From the NCBI GenBank assembly GCA_964360925.1, contig CAYHYP010000001.1:1-38631 (forward strand): DNA of 38,631 nt, given 5' to 3'. This DNA comes from an uncultured Gammaproteobacteria bacterium (GTDB taxonomy: Bacteria > Patescibacteriota > Microgenomatia > JAMCZE01). Shown here one piece after another: positions 24,825 to 31,887 of the stretch. Numbering within the stretch: position 1 is the stretch's first letter; the number at the start of each line of letters is the position of its first letter. Below the pieces are notes generated by a model. That model was given only the letters and a program-made list of their open reading frames with translations. It did not search any database and was not told the DNA's origin. A program made the position numbers and the translations under genes.

Positions 24825-25043
24825 ATGAAAGATTTTACGGTCACGGCGCCTGATTTTGGCAAAAGCCCGCTGGCATTTTTTAAAGAAGTTAAAACGGAGC
24901 TTTCAAAAGTTTCCTGGCCAAATAGACCAACGGTGTTAAGATTAACCGGCGTCGTCATCGGAGCATCTATAATAGTAGGGATTTATTTGGGAGGATTGGA
25001 TTACATATTTACGAAGATAATAGAGATATTGTTGAGAAAATAG
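24825..25043 (+). CDS. secE: preprotein translocase subunit SecE
   Basis: FFKEVKTELSKVSWPNRPTVLRLTGVVIGASIIVGIYLGGLD, directly upstream of nusG. The track start at 24810 is TTG; the ATG at 24825 is preferred. Confidence 0.85.
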   Translation: MKDFTVTAPDFGKSPLAFFKEVKTELSKVSWPNRPTVLRLTGVVIGASIIVGIYLGGLDYIFTKIIEILLRK

Positions 25044-25045
25044 GC

Positions 25046-25169
25046 GTCATTCTGGAGCCCGAAGGGCGATAGAATCTTTTTATCAGAATAGATCCTAGTG
25101 GCGAAGCCGCGAGCTTGCTCATCACTCGCTTCGCTCGTTCCAGGATGACGAAAAAATTACAGAATGACG
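25046..25169. repeat. GTCAT-hairpin cluster filling the secE-nusG intergenic region
   Basis: gtcattctggagcccgaagggcgatagaatc + gatcctagtggcgaagccgcgagcttgctcatcactcgcttcgctcgttccaggatgacg + partial cagaatgacg. Confidence 0.9.
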
Positions 25170-25176
25170 AAATTAT

Positions 25177-25761
25177 ATGGATGAAAATATAAATCAAAAT
25201 CCTGAGCCAATTATGGAAACAGCGATTGTGGTTCCGGACAATGCCCGTTGGTACGTTTTGCATACGTACTCCGGTCACGAGCAAAAAGTTGCCGCCGCCA
25301 TAAAACAGCGCGTTGAGGCAATGAAAATCGTCGGCCGCGTTTTTGACGTGATTGTCCCCACCCGCGACACGATTGTGGTTAAAAGAGGCAAAAAAGAAGA
25401 GGTCAAAGAAAAAATTTTCCCGGGATATATTTTAATTCAAATGATTTTGGATGATGATTCCTGGTTGGTCGTGCGGACCACTCCCGGTGTTACCTCTTTT
25501 GTAGGCGTTGGTAACCGCCCAACTCCCCTTTCCGAAAAAGAAGTTGACGCCATCACCAAATTTGCCAAACTTTCCGCGCCCAAATTTAAAACTCATGTTA
25601 CCAAAGGTGAAGCCGTTAAAATCGTGGACGGGCCGTTCGCGGACTTTTTGGGAACGGTTGATGCAGTAGATGACGCCAGAGGAAAAGTAAAGGTGTTGGT
25701 TTCCATTTTTGGCCGCGAAACCCCGGTGGAGTTAGATTTCCTCCAAGTAGCAAAACTATGA
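25177..25761 (+). CDS. nusG: transcription termination/antitermination factor NusG
   Basis: RWYVLHTYSGHEQKV NGN domain, KOW GEAVKIVDGPFADFLGTV. Confidence 0.93.
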   Translation: MDENINQNPEPIMETAIVVPDNARWYVLHTYSGHEQKVAAAIKQRVEAMKIVGRVFDVIVPTRDTIVVKRGKKEEVKEKIFPGYILIQMILDDDSWLVVRTTPGVTSFVGVGNRPTPLSEKEVDAITKFAKLSAPKFKTHVTKGEAVKIVDGPFADFLGTVDAVDDARGKVKVLVSIFGRETPVELDFLQVAKL

Positions 25762-25840
25762 ACAGTTTCTAATCCCAAAAGACGAACAATAGATCATGAT
25801 TCTCCTGATTTCTATCAGACTCCCTAAATAAAATTTGTTA

Positions 25841-25869
25841 TTGTACTATCAAATTCGTTTTGTTATAAT
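25841..25869 (+). promoter_or_regulatory. promoter TTGTAC-17-TATAAT upstream of rplK
   Basis: TTGTAC 25841-25846, TATAAT 25864-25869. GGGAG RBS at 25897-25901. Confidence 0.5.
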
Positions 25870-25907
25870 TCAAAGACCAATCGGAATTTTCTGGCTGGGA
25901 GCTTAAA

Positions 25908-26330
25908 ATGGCGAAAAAAATAAAAACTCTTATAAAATTAAATTTACCTGCCGGGGAAGCAACCCCTGCCCCTCCTGTTGGTCCCGCTCTTGGACAACAC
26001 GGTCTTCCTATCATGGATTTCGTTAGGGCCTACAATGAAAAAACCAAAGACCAAAAAGGTCAGGTAATTCCTGCCGTTATTACCGTTTATGTAGACAAAA
26101 CATTCACATTTATTACAAAGCTTCCGCCAGTAGCAGAATTGATCAAAAAAGAATTAAAATTGGAACACGGCTCCAAAACCCCAAAACGGGAAACGGTGGG
26201 GACACTGACAACGGCCCAAGCCAGAAAAATTGCCGAAGTAAAAATGGCGGATTTAAACGCCAATGATCTGGATGCGGCTACAAAAATTGTTCAAGGAACA
26301 GCGAGGAGCATGGGGATAAAGAATGAGTAA
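25908..26330 (+). CDS. rplK: 50S ribosomal protein L11
   Basis: [29 protein letters not shown]. Confidence 0.95.
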   Translation: MAKKIKTLIKLNLPAGEATPAPPVGPALGQHGLPIMDFVRAYNEKTKDQKGQVIPAVITVYVDKTFTFITKLPPVAELIKKELKLEHGSKTPKRETVGTLTTAQARKIAEVKMADLNANDLDAATKIVQGTARSMGIKNE

Positions 26331-26344
26331 TTTGAAAAACATGT

Positions 26345-26447
26345 GTCATTCCGGCGAAGGCCGGAATCTCTCGCGCCCTGCCTGCCGGCAGGCAGGAATG
26401 CGAGTTCCCAAACAAGTTGGGAGATGCTGAAACAAGTTCAGCATGAC
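26345..26447. repeat. GTCAT-hairpin cluster including the 20-bp palindrome, rplK-rplA intergenic region
   Basis: gtcattccggcgaaggccggaatc..cctgcctgccggcaggcagg..gagatgctgaaacaagttcagcatgac. Confidence 0.9.
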
Positions 26448-26480
26448 ACAAGGAAGATTATAAATTGTAAATTTTGGAGT

Positions 26481-27290
26481 ATGGGCAAAATAAAAACAGT
26501 CATCATGGGAGACGAGAAAGCGGAAGAACAGGCCCGCAAAAAAGTCGTGGCTAAAAGAGTGGCTAAAAAGGCAGCCCGTCATCCTGGAACGAGCGAAGCG
26601 AGTGATGAGCAAGCTCGCGGCTTCGCCACTAGGATCTATTCTGATAAAAAGATTCTATCAGCCGCCGTTGGCGGCTTCCAGAATGACGCTGGGGAGACGC
26701 TCCAGCATGACGAAAAAACAAAAGGCAAAAATTACCTCAAAGTTAAGAGTTTAGTTGATAAAACCAAGAAATATTCTATTAACGAAGCCTTGGATTTGGT
26801 CAAAAAAACCAGCTACTCCAAATTTGACGGATCGGTGGAAGTGGTTTTCAACGTTTTATCCAAAGGCCTTCGTGGCAACGTAACTTTGCCCCACGGTACC
26901 GGCAAAACTCTGCGCATCAAAATCGCCGACGACGCTCTTGTTGCCAACCCGGTGATAGATTTTGACATTTTGGTCGCCCACCCCTCTATGATGCCAAAAT
27001 TGGCAAAAATTGCCAAAATCCTGGGTCCCCGCGGTTTGATGCCCAATCCCAAAACCGGAACTATTGGAGAAAATGTGGAGGAGTTGGTCCTTCGACTTCG
27101 CTCAGGGCAGCAAAGCTGGAAAACCGAAAGCGACTTCCCTATCATCCATACAATTCTCGGCAAGGTTTCTTTTGAAGAAAAAAAACTCTCGGAAAATTTT
27201 GCCGTCTTGTTAAAATCTATCACCAAAGACAAAATAGTTTCAATTTTTGTTAAGGCTACAATGGGCCCCAACGTCAGAGTACAAATTTAA
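26481..27290 (+). CDS. rplA: 50S ribosomal protein L1 with Lys/Ala-rich N-terminal extension and ~45-aa repeat-derived insertion
   Basis: The L1 core starts at KGKNYLKVKSLVDKTKKYSINEALDLVKK..FDGSVEV. Preferred start is ATG 26481 with GGAG 2 nt upstream. The track ORF from 26343 runs through a repeat cluster. Confidence 0.88.
   Translation: MGKIKTVIMGDEKAEEQARKKVVAKRVAKKAARHPGTSEASDEQARGFATRIYSDKKILSAAVGGFQNDAGETLQHDEKTKGKNYLKVKSLVDKTKKYSINEALDLVKKTSYSKFDGSVEVVFNVLSKGLRGNVTLPHGTGKTLRIKIADDALVANPVIDFDILVAHPSMMPKLAKIAKILGPRGLMPNPKTGTIGENVEELVLRLRSGQQSWKTESDFPIIHTILGKVSFEEKKLSENFAVLLKSITKDKIVSIFVKATMGPNVRVQI
26578..26712. repeat. GTCAT-hairpin cluster, in frame in rplA
   Basis: Translated RHPGTSEASDEQARGFATRIYSDKKILSAAVGGFQNDAGETLQHD. 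Confidence 0.9.
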
Positions 27291-28071
27291 TATTTTCTTT
27301 AATTATTGTTTTAAAATTGGCTACGAAATTATCGAGTTCCCTGCTTGATTCAATAAACGGCAATAAATCTCTATAAACATCTTCTTTATTAATTTTTTCA
27401 ACTTTTTTAATTATTTCCAGGGCAATTTTTTGAGAATTTTTAATGTCCGGTTTTAGGGACCAGTTCGCTCTTTTTGATCTTTCCAAAAACCAGACAATAT
27501 CAAATAGATCCCTGCCCTTGAAAGGAACTGCTTGTTTGTTCCCTTTGAAATATACTCTTTCTATAAACGCGGTAATTTTATTAGTGAAAAGCGTTGCTAA
27601 ATCATAGGCTAAAACAAAAATAGTAAAATCCCCCGCGGAAATAGAATTGATTTCTGTCTTAAAACTTCCCGGCTTTTGGGCGCAAAAATCACAACGGACA
27701 AAAAGCACCGGCGAATTTCCAAAATTTATAGGGAATTTCAAAAAGACGGTTTTTCCGTTACCGCTTATTTTGGTAGTCATTTCTTTATACGAAATCTCTT
27801 CAATCAAATATCTTGTAATTTTGGAAGTAAATTTTTCTATTTCAAATTCGTCTGTAAAATTAAAATCTAAATCTTCTGATAGACGGGGCAGACCATAAAT
27901 TTTTCGTAAACAAGTTCCGCCGGTAAAAATTAAGGTTTTATAATCAGGATCATTGTAAACAAAATTAAGCACGTAATTTTGCAACGCCTCTTTAAGCAAG
28001 CTCCGGGTAAAAAAAGCGTTTTTGCTTACTGATTGTTGTTCAAGAATATTTTTTAAATCATCAGAAATCAT
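27274..28071 (-). CDS. AbiEii/AbiGii-family nucleotidyltransferase toxin
   Basis: FTGGTCLRKIYGLPRLSEDLDFNF. 4-nt overlap with the upstream AbiEi gene. Its 3' end overlaps the rplA 3' end convergently. Confidence 0.75.
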   Translation of the reverse strand: MISDDLKNILEQQSVSKNAFFTRSLLKEALQNYVLNFVYNDPDYKTLIFTGGTCLRKIYGLPRLSEDLDFNFTDEFEIEKFTSKITRYLIEEISYKEMTTKISGNGKTVFLKFPINFGNSPVLFVRCDFCAQKPGSFKTEINSISAGDFTIFVLAYDLATLFTNKITAFIERVYFKGNKQAVPFKGRDLFDIVWFLERSKRANWSLKPDIKNSQKIALEIIKKVEKINKEDVYRDLLPFIESSRELDNFVANFKTIIKENIKFVL

Positions 28072-28670
28072 AAAATTCCTTTACGCTTTAAGAATACAAC
28101 GATTTTTTGCATTTTTCCAGAATTTGAGGCTTTTACTAGCTCCCCAAATTCTGTTTTATCTTCTAGAGATAACGCGTCCCAATTCATTCTGTCTTCACTT
28201 TTTAAATACCCACTGTCTTTTAAGTATAAAAGATCAAAAAGCGCTTTGGCGGGACTGGCGATCTTGCGTCCATAATTTTCAAACAAAGATTTTTTAATAT
28301 GACGATAGCTAAAAGTTCCCACGGCGGATTTATAAACACGGGGGGATTTTATGGTTACGGAGGTAATTGCAAAAGACGTTTCAGGCAAAAAACCACAGTT
28401 AGATAAAACATACTCCAAAGAGACGTAGGAAGGAAACCGTAACATATTGGCTAAATATTCAAAATAATCTTCCCTCTTTTTTGATTCCTGAGAAACTAAA
28501 TCTAAATAATACGAGGAAATATAAAAACCCTTTTTCAAACTTATCAGATCCCCATCTTTAATTAGTTTTTTTATCCAATAATCTGTGTTGTCCCTCTTTT
28601 TACCCAAAGCCAACGCCAGATTTTGCTTGGTAAAATACGGCGCTTGTTTTAAAATGTCATTTAGTTTCAT
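28068..28670 (-). CDS. AbiEi-family antitoxin / transcriptional regulator
   Basis: PSYVSLEYVLSNCGFLPE motif. Paralog of 6449-7027 and 31888-32496. Confidence 0.7.
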   Translation of the reverse strand: MKLNDILKQAPYFTKQNLALALGKKRDNTDYWIKKLIKDGDLISLKKGFYISSYYLDLVSQESKKREDYFEYLANMLRFPSYVSLEYVLSNCGFLPETSFAITSVTIKSPRVYKSAVGTFSYRHIKKSLFENYGRKIASPAKALFDLLYLKDSGYLKSEDRMNWDALSLEDKTEFGELVKASNSGKMQKIVVFLKRKGIL

Positions 28671-28885
28671 AATTAGTAGTAATTACTACCAATTGTGACA
28701 GGAAATATTAAATTTGTCAAGCCCCCTGGTAATTTGGTCTATGAAAATAAAACCGAAACCGGAGGCAGCCGGGCGAACGACGGAGACTGTTTATTGAAAA
28801 GAGTTGCCATTGATAGTACCACGTATTCTGTTTCAACCTAACCCATTATTACGATTCCCCTTTGTAAATCCTTGTATTTTATATA

Positions 28886-28919
28886 CATCACACTAACAAG
28901 CGGCCGCTTTATGCTGTGA
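28886..28919. repeat. direct-repeat copy 1 with GCGGCCGC palindromic core (downstream flank of 28950-29612)
   Basis: CATCACACTAACAAGCGGCCGCTTTATGCTGTGA. Shares ACATCACA-N5-CAAGCGGCCGCTTTAT with copy 2. Confidence 0.6.
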
Positions 28920-28949
28920 CGGGAAACAGATACGGGTTTCAAATAAACG

Positions 28950-29612
28950 TTAAGTGAAAAACCAATTATGATAATAATCATCCCCTTCAAATCGTTCACT
29001 AACCAAATAAGTGACTTCTTTGCTCACATTAAATACCTGACGAATAAACTCCACCTCGTTTTCGCATGGATGAGGAAAAATTAAAACACTTTCGTTTAAA
29101 GAAATAAAACCAATTTCCTTTAATTTTCCCCGCAGCCGATCCCGCAATCTTCTTTTGGTTTCCGCCACATCAAAAATAACCAGTCTCCACTTGCTATCCC
29201 ACTTGTCCGGTTTTTTAATTTTCATCTCTTCAAATTTATATTCCAAAGCTTTTTTATGTCCGTCCTGTGTAATTTCCACTTTTGTCTCACCATTTTCATA
29301 GGTTATTTTCACCAACTTGCGTCTTTTGAGTCGCTCCAATCTTTGGTTAAATTTAGTTCTTTCCCGCCATTTGAGTTCTTTTCCCACAACGGCTGCCAAA
29401 CCGGGAGCAATAACCGCCAAACTAATGGCACCACCAACCGCCAAAATCATCAAAAGATCCTTCGTCAATGGATATTTTTCAATCCCCTTTTTGAGCTTTT
29501 TCTCCCAACTTTCTTTTTCCGGAGCAAAAATTTTTGCCGCCATTTCCCAATTTATCCCGCTTGTCCCGACCGAGTCGGGAACCAAATCGGAGTCTACCCT
29601 ATTATTTGTCAT
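28950..29612 (-). CDS. PaaX-like / Cas2-fold domain protein with a TM helix (putative regulator)
   Basis: C-terminal KWDSKWRLVIFDVAETKRRLRDRLRGKLKEIGFISLNESVLIFPHP matches the PaaX_C/Cas2-like pattern (WDgkW..v.fDiPe..r..Rd.lr..L...GF..l..SV...P). Confidence 0.5.
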   Translation of the reverse strand: MTNNRVDSDLVPDSVGTSGINWEMAAKIFAPEKESWEKKLKKGIEKYPLTKDLLMILAVGGAISLAVIAPGLAAVVGKELKWRERTKFNQRLERLKRRKLVKITYENGETKVEITQDGHKKALEYKFEEMKIKKPDKWDSKWRLVIFDVAETKRRLRDRLRGKLKEIGFISLNESVLIFPHPCENEVEFIRQVFNVSKEVTYLVSERFEGDDYYHNWFFT

Positions 29613-29630
29613 ATATATTCAGCATAAACA

Positions 29631-29676
29631 AATCACATCACAGTGTCAAGCGGCCGCTTTATATTGTTATGTGATT
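29631..29676. repeat. direct-repeat copy 2 with GCGGCCGC core and 8-bp inverted arms (upstream flank of 28950-29612)
   Basis: AATCACAT-CACAGTGTCAAGCGGCCGCTTTATATTGTT-ATGTGATT. Confidence 0.6.
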
Positions 29677-29700
29677 TACTCTTTTCCCTATTTTTACCTC

Positions 29701-29729
29701 TTGATCTATTTGGGGAAAACGTTTATAAT
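29701..29729 (+). promoter_or_regulatory. promoter TTGATC-17-TATAAT plus ~75-nt leader upstream of rplJ (possible L10 leader)
   Basis: TTGATC 29701-29706, TATAAT 29724-29729. A GC-richer leader follows, up to ATG 29807. Confidence 0.55.
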
Positions 29730-29806
29730 CAACAAGTGTCCGAAGACCGTGGGTCGAAGGTTCTGAGCGGAGTCGAAGAATCTCATAATTCCCACCCAGG
29801 AAACAT

Positions 29807-30280
29807 ATGCCAAAAGAAAAAAATATCCAGTCTGTTGCCAAAATCAAAGAAAAATTATCCCGTGCCAAGGGCGTGGTTTTGACGGATTATCAGGGGCTGA
29901 CTCACAAACAACTTGAGCAATTGCATTTGGCTTTGAAAAATGTTGGCGCGGAATATTTGGTGGTAAAAAATAGTTTACTAAAAATTGCTTCTGCAGAGAT
30001 GCTGAAACAAGTTCAGCATGACACAATTATTGGTCCAACGGCAGCTCTTTTTTCTTTTGACGATACCTTGTCCCCGCTTAAAGAACTTTTTAAATTTATA
30101 AAAGCCAATGCCTTGCCAAAAGTTAAAAGCGGAAATATTGACGGAAAAACTTACGAAGCCGCGGAGTTGGCAGTTTTGGCCGCTTTGCCTTCAAGAAACG
30201 ATCTCATTTCACAACTTATGTATACACTTAATGCGAATACACAGAAACTGGCTTATCTTTTGACACAAATTAAAAAATAA
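29807..30280 (+). CDS. rplJ: 50S ribosomal protein L10 with short repeat-derived insertion
   Basis: KEKLSRAKGVVLTDYQGLTHKQLEQLHLALKNVGAEYLVVKNSLLKIA. Upstream of rplL. Confidence 0.9.
   Translation: MPKEKNIQSVAKIKEKLSRAKGVVLTDYQGLTHKQLEQLHLALKNVGAEYLVVKNSLLKIASAEMLKQVQHDTIIGPTAALFSFDDTLSPLKELFKFIKANALPKVKSGNIDGKTYEAAELAVLAALPSRNDLISQLMYTLNANTQKLAYLLTQIKK
29998..30022. repeat. single hairpin unit, in frame in rplJ
   Basis: gatgctgaaacaagttcagcatgac. Translated (E)MLKQVQHD. Confidence 0.85.
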
Positions 30281-30286
30281 AACTAC

Positions 30287-30366
30287 GTCATTCTGGAACG
30301 AGCGAAGCGAAGTGATAGAATCTATTTTTAGAAAGATCCTATCGCCCTTCGGGCTCCAGGATGACG
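30287..30366. repeat. fwd + rev unit pair filling the rplJ-rplL intergenic region
   Basis: gtcattctggaacgagcgaagcgaagtgatagaatc .. gatcctatcgcccttcgggctccaggatgacg. Confidence 0.9.
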
Positions 30367-30388
30367 AATTTGAAAGGTGGTGAGAATT

Positions 30389-30772
30389 ATGTCTGATAAT
30401 TTAAACAAAATTGTTGAAGAAATTGAAAAATTGACAGTTCTCGAAATAGCAGAACTGGTGAAAGGTATGGAGGAAAAGTTTGGCGTCACGGCGCAGATAT
30501 TGCAAGCCGGAGTTGCCGGCCCTGTCCCTGCCGGAGTTGCCGAACCCACCGAAGAAAAAACCAACTTTAACGTAGAACTGACCAATATGGGGGCGAACAA
30601 AATAGCCGTCATTAAGGCCGTCCGGGAAGTGGTTCCCACTTTGGGACTGGCCGAAGCCAAAACTTTGGTAGAATCCGCTCCAAAAGTAGTTTTGGAAAAT
30701 GCCAACAAAGCCACTGCCGAAGAAGCAAAAAAGAAACTTGAAGCAGCAGGAGCCACGGTAGAGTTAAAATAA
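30389..30772 (+). CDS. rplL: 50S ribosomal protein L7/L12
   Basis: ATG 30389 after the [55 protein letters not shown]. Confidence 0.95.
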   Translation: MSDNLNKIVEEIEKLTVLEIAELVKGMEEKFGVTAQILQAGVAGPVPAGVAEPTEEKTNFNVELTNMGANKIAVIKAVREVVPTLGLAEAKTLVESAPKVVLENANKATAEEAKKKLEAAGATVELK

Positions 30773-30774
30773 AT

Positions 30775-30799
30775 GTCATCCTGAACTTGTTTCAGGATC
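30775..30799. repeat. single hairpin unit 3 nt after the rplL stop
   Basis: gtcatcctgaacttgtttcaggatc. Confidence 0.85.
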
Positions 30800-30807
30800 T
30801 CATTAAA

Positions 30808-30830
30808 TCCCGTCGCAAGGCGGGGTTTTT
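30808..30830 (+). terminator. rho-independent terminator after rplL
   Basis: CCCGTC-GCAA-GGCGGGG followed by TTTTT. Confidence 0.7.
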
Positions 30831-31009
30831 AATAGGAAAAAACGAGGTTGGAGATGCCATACCAAAAATATTTAATATTAAGAGTGGCTGAGAGAAAACA
30901 AAGAATGAAAGATTTTGATAGGAAACATCCGGATTTTTGTTCAGGAAGAAAAAAGTAGATTATTTGCCAAATTTTGCCAAAATTTTAAGAAGTTGTATAT
31001 TGGTCTCAA

Positions 31010-31408
31010 TCAATCATCATAGCCGTTTCCTTCAAATAATCTTTCCAGAAAACCTCGCTCTTTTTTTTCCGCACGAGCAGCATTTTCTTTGTTTTGTTTC
31101 ATTAAATCAGCGGAGATAGCGGCCGTCGAAGCGCGAGCAGCCGATCCGTTGTGAGCCGATCTGCCTTCTTCCTTCATCAATTTCCCGGTTTCAGGATCTT
31201 GATAAGAAAAGTGAATTCTATTCGCTTCAACGTGCATTTCTCCACCCATTGATTGGCATGCCAAACTTGCGGCAAAAAGTTTATCATGATAACCCCCATG
31301 TTCTTGGACTTCTTTTAACATCCTGTTTTGTTCTTCTTTTGAAGCTCGCACGAAGCTATCTGCAATTGCTTGTCTCCCCTGTTCTGAAACATTACGCCAA
31401 CGTATCAT
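31010..31408 (-). CDS. hypothetical charged soluble protein
   Basis: 132-aa ORF with no motif I recognise. Occupies the position where rpoB usually follows rplL. Confidence 0.5.
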   Translation of the reverse strand: MIRWRNVSEQGRQAIADSFVRASKEEQNRMLKEVQEHGGYHDKLFAASLACQSMGGEMHVEANRIHFSYQDPETGKLMKEEGRSAHNGSAARASTAAISADLMKQNKENAARAEKKERGFLERLFEGNGYDD

Positions 31409-31887
31409 ATTATATTATAAATTTGTAAGGGTATTTGCTCCGCTGTCCGTACAAATGCGTCCTTTACATGAGTTTGGACACTCTGCGTTTTGCGAAAAAC
31501 AATCAAAAATAGCAGCTATTTTGTCAATATGATCCGGAGATGCATAAATAAACCTGTTATTTGTTCTGATTTAAGTTCTGCTTTTAAGTACTCCAAACCC
31601 GCCGGATCGTTCCGGTTGGCTAAGACTCTGACATTAACAGGATTGCCCGTCACAGGACATTTTCGTGTTTCAAAATTATCCATAGGGTATTATCCCATAA
31701 TAAACAATATTGTCAAGAGGGGGTCTGAAGATTTAATTCCTTCAAAAGTTCTTCTTTTAGGATTGGGATAATTTTACGCTGGGGCTCGGATAAAAACTTC
31801 CTTAAATCCGTTTTTAATTTTGTTTGTGGGAATATATTAATTTTTTTCAAAACATTTTTAGTAACAAATTTCCCATCTACGGCTATT

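Noticed and set aside
26343-26480. Track ORF starts rplA at 26343, adding MSFRRRPESLAPCLPAGRNASSQTSWEMLKQVQHDTRKIINCKFWS.
   Set aside because: This stretch is a translation of the intergenic hairpin-repeat cluster. ATG 26481 has a GGAG RBS and is the more credible start.
28755-28800. SRP-RNA-like string CCGGAGGCAGCCGGG.
   Set aside because: It lacks the GGAA tetraloop hairpin and the conserved AGCA/GGAA internal loops of SRP helix 8.
30328-30756. Long antisense or nested ORFs, such as 30328-30756, 26813-27271, 10926-11228, 29317-29766, 14230-14529 and 15312-15629.
   Set aside because: Each lies entirely opposite or inside a confidently identified gene (rplL, rplA, the cohesin-like gene, the PaaX-like gene, def, fmt) and shows no motifs of its own.
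31519-31683. 55-aa minus-strand ORF (MDNFETRKCPVTGNPVNV...), not in the track.
   Set aside because: No RBS and no recognisable similarity. It may be part of the decayed toxin region. Not called.
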